DNA of 64,000 nucleotides from an uncultured Pelagibacteraceae bacterium (lineage in GTDB: Bacteria; Pseudomonadota; Alphaproteobacteria; Pelagibacterales; Pelagibacteraceae): the NCBI GenBank assembly GCA_902605035.1, contig CACLBB010000003.1, positions 30,054 through 94,053 of the forward strand. Reading direction: 5' to 3'. The first letter of the stretch is position 1. Every line of letters begins with the position of its first letter. Both the position numbers and the translations under genes were made by a program. Of this stretch, positions 1 through 8,528 are shown piece after piece. The notes under the pieces were generated by a model, which ran no database searches, was not told where the DNA came from, and saw nothing but the letters and a program-made list of their open reading frames with translations.

Positions 1-663
1 AGCACTAGCGCTCATAATAGCAGCTGTTGCGCCAGGAATCTCTACGCCCATACCTTCGTACATTTCAGTAAAAATAGGAACGACTTTAATTAACATAAAT
101 ATTGTAACGCTGACTGCTACAGTTAAAAGAACACTTGGATAAAATAATGCACTCTTAATTTGAGATTTAATTTTTTCCCTTTTTTCAAGAGACATAACAA
201 TTCTTTCTAAAAAAATATCAAGTTTACCACTAGCCTCACCGGCTTTAATTAAGTTTACAGTTACAGTATCAAAAGTTTTTGGATGATTTTCAAAACATTT
301 AGATAAAGCATTACCTGCTTCTAAGTCTTTTTTAATTTTCTCTATAATGGCTTTCATATTAGGCGAAGAAGTTTGCTCAATTAGCAAGTTTAGTGCGTTC
401 AAAACAGGTAGGCCTGATCTAAGCATTGTAGAAAATTGTTTAGCGAATATTAATATATCTTTAGCCTTTACACCTTTGCCAAAGCTAAAGCCTGCTGATT
501 TCTTCTTTGCTTTTTCAACTTTTTTTTTTTTGGCCTGGATTAGCTTGGTAATAATGACTTTTTGTTCTTTTAATTTATAAGCTGCTTCAGAATTATTGAG
601 AGCCTCTATTTCACCCTCTACATATTTTCCTTGTGAAATCCCTTTATACTGAAAGTTAATCAT
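1..663 (-). CDS. pilC: Type IV pilus inner-membrane platform protein PilC (GspF family), 3' end outside window
   Basis: Not in ORF track because truncated. Manual translation from ATG at 663: MINFQYKGISQGKYVEGEIEA..., later FAKQFSTMLRSGLPV and AGEASGKLD, typical of PilC/GspF. Directly follows pilB. Confidence 0.9.
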   Translation of the reverse strand, partial: MINFQYKGISQGKYVEGEIEALNNSEAAYKLKEQKVIITKLIQAKKKKVEKAKKKSAGFSFGKGVKAKDILIFAKQFSTMLRSGLPVLNALNLLIEQTSSPNMKAIIEKIKKDLEAGNALSKCFENHPKTFDTVTVNLIKAGEASGKLDIFLERIVMSLEKREKIKSQIKSALFYPSVLLTVAVSVTIFMLIKVVPIFTEMYEGMGVEIPGATAAIMSASA

Positions 664-664
664 A

Positions 665-2383
665 TTATTCTAAGCTAAGAACTCTTTGATACTCGCTAAA
701 AGATAAATCTCCAGTCAGAATTAACTCTCTTCCCATGTCTTGCATGGTCCTAAAGTTATCTTTTCTAGCTGCCTCCTTTAACTCTACAGTAGTTGCTTTT
801 CTGAGTATCGCGTCTTTAATATTTTTTGAAATTTTCAAAATTTCATAAATTCCCATTCGGCCTTTATATCCATTTCCTGTTCCAGAGTCCCCACTTGCAC
901 AAGCACTGCACCCTTTTCCATACACAGGTCTTACTCTTGAAGCTTCTTCCACCGTAAAACCAATAGAAGAGAGTACTTTAGGATTAAGTCTTTCGTCGGG
1001 TACTCTACACTCTTGACAAGTCTTTCTGGCTAGTCTCTGCGCCATTACTAAGGTGCAAGCTGCAGAAATTAAATAATCAGGAGTTCCCATATTTTGAAGT
1101 CTAGTAATTGTGCTTGGTGCATCATTCGTGTGAAGAGTGCTAAAAACTAAGTGTCCTGTTAACGCAGCTTTAAGAGCAATATCAACTGTGGCTTTATCTC
1201 TTATCTCTCCAACTAATATCACTTCTGGGTCTTGTCTTAAGAAAGATCTTAACGCCGTTTCAAAAGTATATCCAATATCATCTCTAACCTGTACCTGGCC
1301 TACTCCTTCAAGTTCGTACTCTACTGGATCTTCTGCAGTTAAAATATTCATTGAGGGCTTATTAATTGTCTTTAAAATACTATAAAGTGTTGTTGTTTTT
1401 CCACTTCCTGTAGGTCCGGTAACTAGCACCATGCCTTGAGGGGAACGTATAGCTTCATTTAGAACTTTTAAATCTTGATCAGCAAATCCCAATTTATCTA
1501 AGGATTTATCGCCTGCTTCTTTGTTTAAAAGACGCATTACAATTCTTTCATTATTTTTTGTCGGCATTATTGATATACGAAGATCCATTTCTTTATCTCC
1601 ATATTTAAAAGTAGAACCTCCATCCTGTGGGATTCTCCTTTCTGCAATATCTAGTTTGCTCAAAATTTTTACTCTTGTAACGACAGAGTTATAATTTAAG
1701 GGATCTTTATTTAAAAAATCAGTAAATTGATCCATAACTCTTAATACACCATCAACTCTAAATCTTACATGGGCGCTATCTTTAAAGGGTTCTATGTGAA
1801 TATCACTGGCCTCTAATCTAATGGCCTCATTAAGAATTTTGTCAACAAAAACTATTACCTCGGACTCTACTTCTAAAGGAACATTTGTTTGCTTTTTTTT
1901 AACTTGTTCAATTTTTTGATTTTTTGCTTTAACAGGAGTACCTTTCTCTAGTCTAGTTATAAAGTCAGAAATTTGTTTTATCGATGCAGCATAAAGTTCT
2001 GGCTGTAACTTTGTTAAGCTTTCAATATTTTTTATAAGGCCAAACTTTGAGGCGTCTGCTATGGCTACTTTAATGATTTTAGAATCTACTTCAAAAGGTA
2101 TAATTAAATTTTCTTTTAAAAATCTTATTTCGGTAAATTTTTTTAAATTATTATCTACTTTTACATCGTCAAGTTTAATTAAAGGTATTGAAAAACTTTC
2201 AGATAAAAGCTCTGCTACTTTTGACTCATTGGTGATATTTAGCTCAAAAGCAGTTTCAATTTGAGATTTTCCTGACTCTTTGCTTAGGTTTTCTATCTGT
2301 TTAATTTGCTGAATACTTAGAGCATTATGTTCTCTTAACATATTAATTATACTTTGTTCGCTTGTAGAATCTAATCTTATCAT
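665..2383 (-). CDS. pilB: Type IV pilus extension ATPase PilB (GspE/PulE family)
   Basis: ASDIHIEP, LDIAERRIPQDG, Walker A GPTGSGKT, LRQDPEVILVGEIRD, STLHTND, CxxC...CxxC zinc motif. Confidence 0.95.
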   Translation of the reverse strand: MIRLDSTSEQSIINMLREHNALSIQQIKQIENLSKESGKSQIETAFELNITNESKVAELLSESFSIPLIKLDDVKVDNNLKKFTEIRFLKENLIIPFEVDSKIIKVAIADASKFGLIKNIESLTKLQPELYAASIKQISDFITRLEKGTPVKAKNQKIEQVKKKQTNVPLEVESEVIVFVDKILNEAIRLEASDIHIEPFKDSAHVRFRVDGVLRVMDQFTDFLNKDPLNYNSVVTRVKILSKLDIAERRIPQDGGSTFKYGDKEMDLRISIMPTKNNERIVMRLLNKEAGDKSLDKLGFADQDLKVLNEAIRSPQGMVLVTGPTGSGKTTTLYSILKTINKPSMNILTAEDPVEYELEGVGQVQVRDDIGYTFETALRSFLRQDPEVILVGEIRDKATVDIALKAALTGHLVFSTLHTNDAPSTITRLQNMGTPDYLISAACTLVMAQRLARKTCQECRVPDERLNPKVLSSIGFTVEEASRVRPVYGKGCSACASGDSGTGNGYKGRMGIYEILKISKNIKDAILRKATTVELKEAARKDNFRTMQDMGRELILTGDLSFSEYQRVLSLE

Positions 2384-2385
2384 GA

Positions 2386-3942
2386 TTAATTAATCACCCT
2401 CGGTGCTAAGAATATTAACATTTCCTCTAATGTATTTTGACTATTTCTTCCTTTAAAGAGATTTCCTACAACTGGAACATTACCTAAACCCGGCGTTTTT
2501 GTATTTGTACTTGTATCAGTGTTTACTTTTATTCCTCCTATAACTACTATATCGCCATCACTTACTAATAATTGAGTGTCAATCTCTCTTTTAGTAATTC
2601 CTGGTTCATCTGATCCTGCCACTTCGACTGGAGTGTCATTATTCACTAAAATATCTAATAAAACATTTCCGTCTCCTATGATGCTAGGAGTAGCCGTTAA
2701 AGATAAAGCTGCATCTTTAAATTCAGTAGATGTTGATCCATCAGTAGTAACGGTATAAGCTATTTGTGTTCCTTGAGTTATCTTAGCTTCCTGATTATTC
2801 AAAGTAAAAACACTTGGACTTGAAATAATTTTAGTTTTTCCTAGAGATTGTAATGCCTCTATTTCAAGTTTTAGTGCAGCCGTTCCAAAAGTCTTAATTA
2901 TACCTATGCCACTTGTCGCGTTAGTAATCGAATTATTTGTAATTGTTCCAGCGGCAGCTCCTAAACTAATTCCAGCTCCGGTTGTTGCAGCCCCACCTAC
3001 AGTACCAGATATAATTTCTGAATCTGTTTCCCCAGCTCCAATACCTTTTTCAGTCATGGCTCCTATTCTTGTGCCTAAAGCTTTTTGAAAGTCAGACGTG
3101 GCGGTTACAATAAATGCCTCAATTAAAACTTGCTGAGTTTTTATATCAATTTCTTTCAATACTGCATCAATAACATCTAAATCGGGTTTTCTACCTCTTA
3201 CAATAATGGATCTAGTCCTGCTTTCCTCAGTAATTTGAATTGTACTTAAAGTACTTGTTCCTTCAGGCCCTTGAGATTTAAAAAGATTTTCTAAAGTTGT
3301 TTTAGCCTCTAAAGGGCTAATGTAATATAATCTAAAAATATCTGCTAAAATTGGTTCTACTGTATCCTCCAATTGTATCTTTTTTTTAAGAACCTCAGCT
3401 CTAGAAGACTTTAAAGTTTCTTGAGCAGTTAACTTTTCAGGGGTGTGAACACGAATTATACCTCTAGCAACATCTATATCTGCACCCAAAGTTTTCATAT
3501 CTAATAAAGTTTGAAAAGCAACATCCCAACCTACATCTTGAAGTTTTGCTGTTACTATTCCACTGACTTCTTCTCCAACTATAATATTAATTCCTCCAAT
3601 TTCAGCTAAAGAGTCCATGGCATCCCTGAAATCAACACCGTTTAAATTTAAACTAACGAGTTGTTTTAAATCTTCATATTCATTTGAGATAGAGACATAA
3701 TTTCTAACTTGTTCTGTTGTAATTGTTTTTCTTTTATTCGCAGTTGGATCAAACTCTGTTTCATACGGCTTAGGACCATATTTAACCTTATCTTGCATTT
3801 CTTTTGTTCCATCGACTATAACTTTCGATGGATTTATCAAAGGTTCTTCGCCATGAACAGACTTTTTTTTCGTAGAGGCACAATTGGTTGCCAGTACAAA
3901 AAAAGATAACAGAAATATTATTTTAATAAAATTAAATTTCAT
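2386..3942 (-). CDS. pilQ: Type IV pilus secretin PilQ (short, probable lipoprotein)
   Basis: QVLIEAFIV, secretin C-terminal motif PGLGNVPVVGNLFK...EMLIFLAPRVI; position in the pilMNOPQ order. Confidence 0.92.
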   Translation of the reverse strand: MKFNFIKIIFLLSFFVLATNCASTKKKSVHGEEPLINPSKVIVDGTKEMQDKVKYGPKPYETEFDPTANKRKTITTEQVRNYVSISNEYEDLKQLVSLNLNGVDFRDAMDSLAEIGGINIIVGEEVSGIVTAKLQDVGWDVAFQTLLDMKTLGADIDVARGIIRVHTPEKLTAQETLKSSRAEVLKKKIQLEDTVEPILADIFRLYYISPLEAKTTLENLFKSQGPEGTSTLSTIQITEESRTRSIIVRGRKPDLDVIDAVLKEIDIKTQQVLIEAFIVTATSDFQKALGTRIGAMTEKGIGAGETDSEIISGTVGGAATTGAGISLGAAAGTITNNSITNATSGIGIIKTFGTAALKLEIEALQSLGKTKIISSPSVFTLNNQEAKITQGTQIAYTVTTDGSTSTEFKDAALSLTATPSIIGDGNVLLDILVNNDTPVEVAGSDEPGITKREIDTQLLVSDGDIVVIGGIKVNTDTSTNTKTPGLGNVPVVGNLFKGRNSQNTLEEMLIFLAPRVIN

Positions 3943-4355
3943 CCTTCAGTTTTTAGTAAGTTATTATTTAAGTCTAATGAATGTTCTACATCATTTATTT
4001 TTATGTAAACACGATCAGAAAATATATCTAAAATCATAAGATTATTTGAAAGTATGGTGTCTTCCTCGTATTTTACTGTTCTGCCGTCTGGAAAACTAAA
4101 AATCGCAAATTTTTTACTCTCACCAATGATAACTCCATTTAATTTAAAATTTTTAAGAGATAAACCGCCTGACTGAGTTATCCCATCAGAACTCAGACTT
4201 TCTCCAGTTGTGCTTCCTACCCCTGCACCACCAAGAAAAGGATTAATTGCTGGTAGTTCCTCGTCAGGCAAATCTTTAATATCTTCAGCTGTTACTGGGC
4301 TTAGAAAAGATAAAAACAAAAATAGAAAAGCAATTAGTATTTTATTTATATTCAT
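3939..4355 (-). CDS. PilP-like pilus assembly protein
   Basis: Signal peptide, INPF motif, LKNFKLNGVIIG...AIF..PDG beta motif; lies between pilO and pilQ. Confidence 0.65.
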   Translation of the reverse strand: MNINKILIAFLFLFLSFLSPVTAEDIKDLPDEELPAINPFLGGAGVGSTTGESLSSDGITQSGGLSLKNFKLNGVIIGESKKFAIFSFPDGRTVKYEEDTILSNNLMILDIFSDRVYIKINDVEHSLDLNNNLLKTEG

Positions 4356-4980
4356 CTGGTAATCCTACTATTGAGAGTGTTCCGACTGATTTAATTCCCT
4401 TTCCTTGTACAACTGTAATTTGTTCTCTATCAAAATTTATTACTTTATTTGATTTAGCTAACGCTCTTCGAAATTTTAAATACCCAAGATAATTTCCAGT
4501 TATTTCATAAGATACTGGAATTTTAAAATAGGCAACTTTTTTGGCTTTTTTATCTGGAGAAACTGGTACTGGGTTTTCTTTGTTAAGATTGATAATATTT
4601 AAACTATTCATTGAGGCAAAATTACTTATATTCTGATACAGGCCTTCGACTTCTTTTTGACTGTGAAATAATTTACTTTTTTTATCATACTCAGGTTGAA
4701 GCTTTTCAACTTTTGCTTTGAGCCCAACAATTTCTTGTTTAAAAACTACAGTTTGTTTTTCATTTTGCAACATTAGATTAATTCTTTGTTTTTGCGCATC
4801 AACTTTTGGACTAATAAATGCGTAATAAATAATTAAGAAAAGCACAATTGAACCGAAATAAAGACCAAATTTTGTAAGAAATTTTTTGTCTTTTAAGAGA
4901 TCGCTATTTTTTAATTTTTCAATTAAATCTTTAACATCGATATTTTTAAGGTCTATATTTTTTAATTCACTCAAATTCAT
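4342..4980 (-). CDS. pilO: Type IV pilus assembly protein PilO
   Basis: Single N-terminal TM, coiled coil, C-terminal IPVSYEITGNY..F motif typical of PilO; operon position. Confidence 0.8.
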   Translation of the reverse strand: MNLSELKNIDLKNIDVKDLIEKLKNSDLLKDKKFLTKFGLYFGSIVLFLIIYYAFISPKVDAQKQRINLMLQNEKQTVVFKQEIVGLKAKVEKLQPEYDKKSKLFHSQKEVEGLYQNISNFASMNSLNIINLNKENPVPVSPDKKAKKVAYFKIPVSYEITGNYLGYLKFRRALAKSNKVINFDREQITVVQGKGIKSVGTLSIVGLPDEYK

Positions 4981-7103
4981 GTTTTTAATTTACAAAGAAT
5001 TGTAAATCCTTTTTTATTATTTGCCGATTGTAAATCATTATTACCTTTGGGTACATTCATAGCTTTCAAGGAAGCTTGATCAATTAGATCCTTACCGTTT
5101 AAATTTGAGATAAAATTTATAATATCCTGATCAGAAAAAGCTAGGCCTGTGATGATAACTTCATTATTTCCATTATAATTTAAATCTGTGAATTGTACTC
5201 TTTGAGGCACACTTCTTGTAATTTGAGCTAATGCTCTGTAAGAAGCTGCTTGATTTGAGCCTACCATACTTCCAAGCTTGAGTGCTTTTTCCATATCCTG
5301 CACGGTCTTTGTTAATTTTTTATGTTCAGCGCTCACTAAGTTAAACTCTTGTTGAATAGTGTTCTCGTTTGCGAGTTTACTTTTATTAGAACTAATTTGG
5401 AAAAAAGAAAATCCTATTAAAAATATATACATAGCCGCGATACCACCAACTAAGCCTTTCATTGCAAAACCTGAGAGAAACTTCATTTTGCTTTGTCTTT
5501 TTAAAGCTTCCCGATTAGGTAAAAGATTAATGTTCTTAACTGCTGTTACAAATTTGTAATATCCAAATACATCTAGTTTTCTATAAGCTAAACCCAGCAC
5601 TGAAGTATATATAGATCTATTTCTTAAAGTTGTTTTTTCTTTATTATATTCTGGTATCTGAATTTCATTTAAGGGGTCAAAAACTTGAAGCCCAGTGTTT
5701 AATAAGTTTTTTTTAAATAAAGGGATTAGCTCTTCAATGTTTGTAAGTGAGCTTACAATTTTAATGTTGTTAATTTTAGAATTGTATTTACTTTCGTAGT
5801 CACTTAATGCCTGTTTAAGTTGCATACAATAACGTCTTACAACACTTTCAGTATCAGTATTTTGAATGTTACCATCAAACTGGCCTAAAAGATCTTTTTC
5901 ATTAGGTCTTAAAAAAATATCAGTAATTATTGGGATGTTATCATGTACAATAATCAAATAATTATCTTCAGCCCCAATTTCTAGCAGAGCATTATTTGCT
6001 TTATTTTCGATTTTAAATGAATTATCAAAAGCATTTTTAAGAGTAAAACATTTTACGTCCATTATAACTGGATTTAATCCAGCTTTTTTAACTATAGATG
6101 AGTATGCATTTACATCGCTTAGCTTTGAAGCCACAAAAAGTATCTCCATCGTATTTAATTTGCTATTTCTGCTAATCACCTGATGAAATATAGAATATTC
6201 ATTTAAATCATCTGTTAACTGAACTAAATTTTCCCAAAGTGAGTCTGTTTCAATTGCTTTTTGAAGTTCTTCATCAGACATTAAAGGGCTAGTAACAACT
6301 CTTATAATTGCACTAGTTACAGGTATGGATATAGCTACGTTGGAGGTGGGGATTTTAGCATTAGCCATGCCTAATTTTAACTCCTCTGAGACGTAATCTT
6401 TAGAATTAATTACTCCATCAGCCGTTTTGTTTTTATCAAGGAGTCTTAAAGAAATTTTATCAAGTATCCAGTTAGTATCTTTTTTACTTAACTGCGCAAT
6501 TTTAATAGAATCTTCGCAAATATCTATACCGGCTATTTCTTCTCCAGCTACATTTGCTTTACTAATTTTTTCAGAAAATATTCTTTTAAAATTTGATAAA
6601 GTATTTTTTTTATTTTTGTTTTCTGAGTTATCTCTTTTATCTTTTTTCAAACTAAATTTATCTTTTAAAGTTGATAAATTTTTTAAAGATGATAAATCAA
6701 AATTAAATAGTTTTTTCTTTTTCTCTTCATTTGTTACAGGTGTAACAACTTCTTTTACCTGATCATCATTTTTTTGTTTTGTTGTTTCTTTTTTTATTTC
6801 ATTAGTATTTTCTTTTGAAGTCTCTTCAATGTTAGTGGTTAGATTTTCAGTTTCTTTAGAAACATTATTATTAATGTTGTTTTCTAAATTCTCTTCTAAT
6901 TTTCCAGCAATCAAGTCGTCATACCATTGCTCAAGTATTTTTTTAGCTTCTTCTAGATCAGTTGTCCCTGAAGAAATGACTTTTTGCTTACCATTATAAA
7001 AAGTTCTCCCTACCCAGTTCTCAGATTTCAACTTACCCTTGTATTTATCTTGCCTCACATATATGTGAAGCCTTCCATCTTTAGTAGAAATTATATTCGA
7101 CAT
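4977..7103 (-). CDS. PilM-PilN fusion with an N-terminal integrase arm-type DNA-binding-like domain
   Basis: aa ~190-510 PilM actin-like domain (IAGIDICEDSIKIAQL). aa 525 INLLP plus TM, coiled coil and PilN domain. aa 1-68 resemble tyrosine-integrase N-termini, followed by an N/E/K-rich linker. Confidence 0.85.
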   Translation of the reverse strand: MSNIISTKDGRLHIYVRQDKYKGKLKSENWVGRTFYNGKQKVISSGTTDLEEAKKILEQWYDDLIAGKLEENLENNINNNVSKETENLTTNIEETSKENTNEIKKETTKQKNDDQVKEVVTPVTNEEKKKKLFNFDLSSLKNLSTLKDKFSLKKDKRDNSENKNKKNTLSNFKRIFSEKISKANVAGEEIAGIDICEDSIKIAQLSKKDTNWILDKISLRLLDKNKTADGVINSKDYVSEELKLGMANAKIPTSNVAISIPVTSAIIRVVTSPLMSDEELQKAIETDSLWENLVQLTDDLNEYSIFHQVISRNSKLNTMEILFVASKLSDVNAYSSIVKKAGLNPVIMDVKCFTLKNAFDNSFKIENKANNALLEIGAEDNYLIIVHDNIPIITDIFLRPNEKDLLGQFDGNIQNTDTESVVRRYCMQLKQALSDYESKYNSKINNIKIVSSLTNIEELIPLFKKNLLNTGLQVFDPLNEIQIPEYNKEKTTLRNRSIYTSVLGLAYRKLDVFGYYKFVTAVKNINLLPNREALKRQSKMKFLSGFAMKGLVGGIAAMYIFLIGFSFFQISSNKSKLANENTIQQEFNLVSAEHKKLTKTVQDMEKALKLGSMVGSNQAASYRALAQITRSVPQRVQFTDLNYNGNNEVIITGLAFSDQDIINFISNLNGKDLIDQASLKAMNVPKGNNDLQSANNKKGFTILCKLKT

Positions 7104-7123
7104 TATCGAAATACTCCCTTTTT

Positions 7124-7448
7124 TTGTGTTACAATACTATTCTAACACAACTATGTCAATAAATTTGTGTTATAATATTAAATTATAAAAAAAATCATAT
7201 ATTTATTCGTATTTTTTCTTGTGTTAGACAATCAATATTAATATTAATTTTTGTGTTAGATAAATTTTTTATTGTGTTAGAGTTATTTTTTTTGTGTTAG
7301 ATATTATAAGTATTTATTTTACAAACCAAATTTATCTTTTATATTAAAAATGTCAATAAAATCAACATTTTTTAAATATTGCTATATTATTATAAATAAG
7401 CTATAAATTTTGTGTTAGAGATAAAAATATTAGACACTCTAACACAAA
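7124..7448. repeat. Array of 10-bp TTGTGTTAGA repeats in the divergent pilMN/pilT intergenic region
   Basis: Exact + copies at 7219, 7251, 7272, 7292, 7410. Exact reverse copies (TCTAACACAA) at 7141 and 7438. One-mismatch copies at 7124 (TTGTGTTACA) and 7165 (TTGTGTTATA). Confidence 0.95.
7131..7159 (-). promoter_or_regulatory. Putative sigma70 promoter of the pilMN-O-P-Q-B-C operon
   Basis: Minus strand TTGACA (7159-7154), 17 bp, TATTGT (7136-7131). SD-like AAGGGAG at 7120-7114 upstream of ATG 7103. Confidence 0.6.
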
Positions 7449-7520
7449 TGAAATAACTTTCATGAGGGGGTAAAATCAATTTTTAGTCCAAAATCAAGGT
7501 TTTTATTGATTTATTAATAA

Positions 7521-8528
7521 ATGATTGGAAAAATAGTAAATATAGTCAAAGATAACCCAAAAGTCTCTGATTTCCATCTTAGAGCGAATTGTCCATTTTC
7601 TTATAGATTATTAGGAGAAATAGTCATTTTAGAGGGTGAAATGATTAAAAATGAGGATATTGAAAATTTATTAAATAAATATTGCTCAAAATCAGATGTT
7701 GAGCTTTTTAATCGTAAAAATGAGCTAGATAGTGGGTTTATGCTAGAAAATATGAGATTTAGAGCAAATTTTTATAAGACTCTTCAAGGTCCTGCTGTAG
7801 TTTTAAGAAAGGTTGAGACTGCAATATTAAATATGGACTCGTTAAATTTACCTCCAGTTATGTATAGTATTGTAGATATGCATAAAGGACTTGTATTGGT
7901 AACTGGACCTACAGGTTCAGGAAAGTCAACTACGCTAGCATCTATCATTAACCAAATTAACGAAACTAGACAAGCAAATATAATTACTATTGAAGATCCA
8001 GTTGAGTTTATTCATAAAGATAAAAAAAGTATCATTTCTCATAGAGAGGTAGGAAAACAAACAGAGAGCTTTTCTACTGCATTAAAAAGCGCGCTACGAG
8101 AAGATCCAGATGTAATTTTAGTAGGAGAATTAAGAGATATTGAGACTATTAGTATGGCTTTAACTGCTGCTGAAACTGGTCATTTGGTATTTGGAACTTT
8201 ACATACCAGCGGAGCACCAAACACTATAAATAGAATAATTGATGTTTTTCCTTCAGAGCAGCAGGCTCAAATTCAAGCACAACTTGCTGACTCATTACAA
8301 ATGGTGGTTACACAAAAACTATTTAAAACGAGCGATGGTAAGGGAAGAGTTGGCGCATTTGAAATAATGGTTTGCAACTCACCTGTAAAAAATTTAATTC
8401 GCGAAAAAAAAATTCATCAGATCCCGAGTGTAATGCAAACAGGAACTCGTGATGGCATGATGTCAATGGAAAAATCAATTGAAAATTTAATTCAGTCAGG
8501 AAAGATTAGTAGTGTTGATGCAAAATAA
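7521..8528 (+). CDS. pilT: Type IV pilus retraction ATPase PilT
   Basis: GPTGSGKSTTLA, TIEDPVEF, ALREDPDVILVGELRD, AAETGHLV, VKNLIRE (AIRNLIRE-like). Confidence 0.93.
   Translation: MIGKIVNIVKDNPKVSDFHLRANCPFSYRLLGEIVILEGEMIKNEDIENLLNKYCSKSDVELFNRKNELDSGFMLENMRFRANFYKTLQGPAVVLRKVETAILNMDSLNLPPVMYSIVDMHKGLVLVTGPTGSGKSTTLASIINQINETRQANIITIEDPVEFIHKDKKSIISHREVGKQTESFSTALKSALREDPDVILVGELRDIETISMALTAAETGHLVFGTLHTSGAPNTINRIIDVFPSEQQAQIQAQLADSLQMVVTQKLFKTSDGKGRVGAFEIMVCNSPVKNLIREKKIHQIPSVMQTGTRDGMMSMEKSIENLIQSGKISSVDAK

Noticed and set aside
347-580. 77-aa + strand ORF, and the many similar 60-140 aa antisense ORFs inside pilB, pilQ, rho, hslU, ftsK, dnaK and others
   Set aside because: They lie wholly opposite well-identified genes and show no motifs; they are shadow ORFs.
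6560-6900. Low-complexity N/E/K-rich stretch as a tandem repeat
   Set aside because: No repeated unit at DNA level; best read as a disordered linker.
6900-7103. Integrase pseudogene or prophage remnant
   Set aside because: The domain is in frame with PilM-PilN and has a good SD and promoter. No catalytic integrase fragments or phage genes are nearby.
7124-7448. Repeat array as a CRISPR array
   Set aside because: Repeats are only 10 bp, occur in both orientations with irregular low-complexity spacers, and no cas genes are present.
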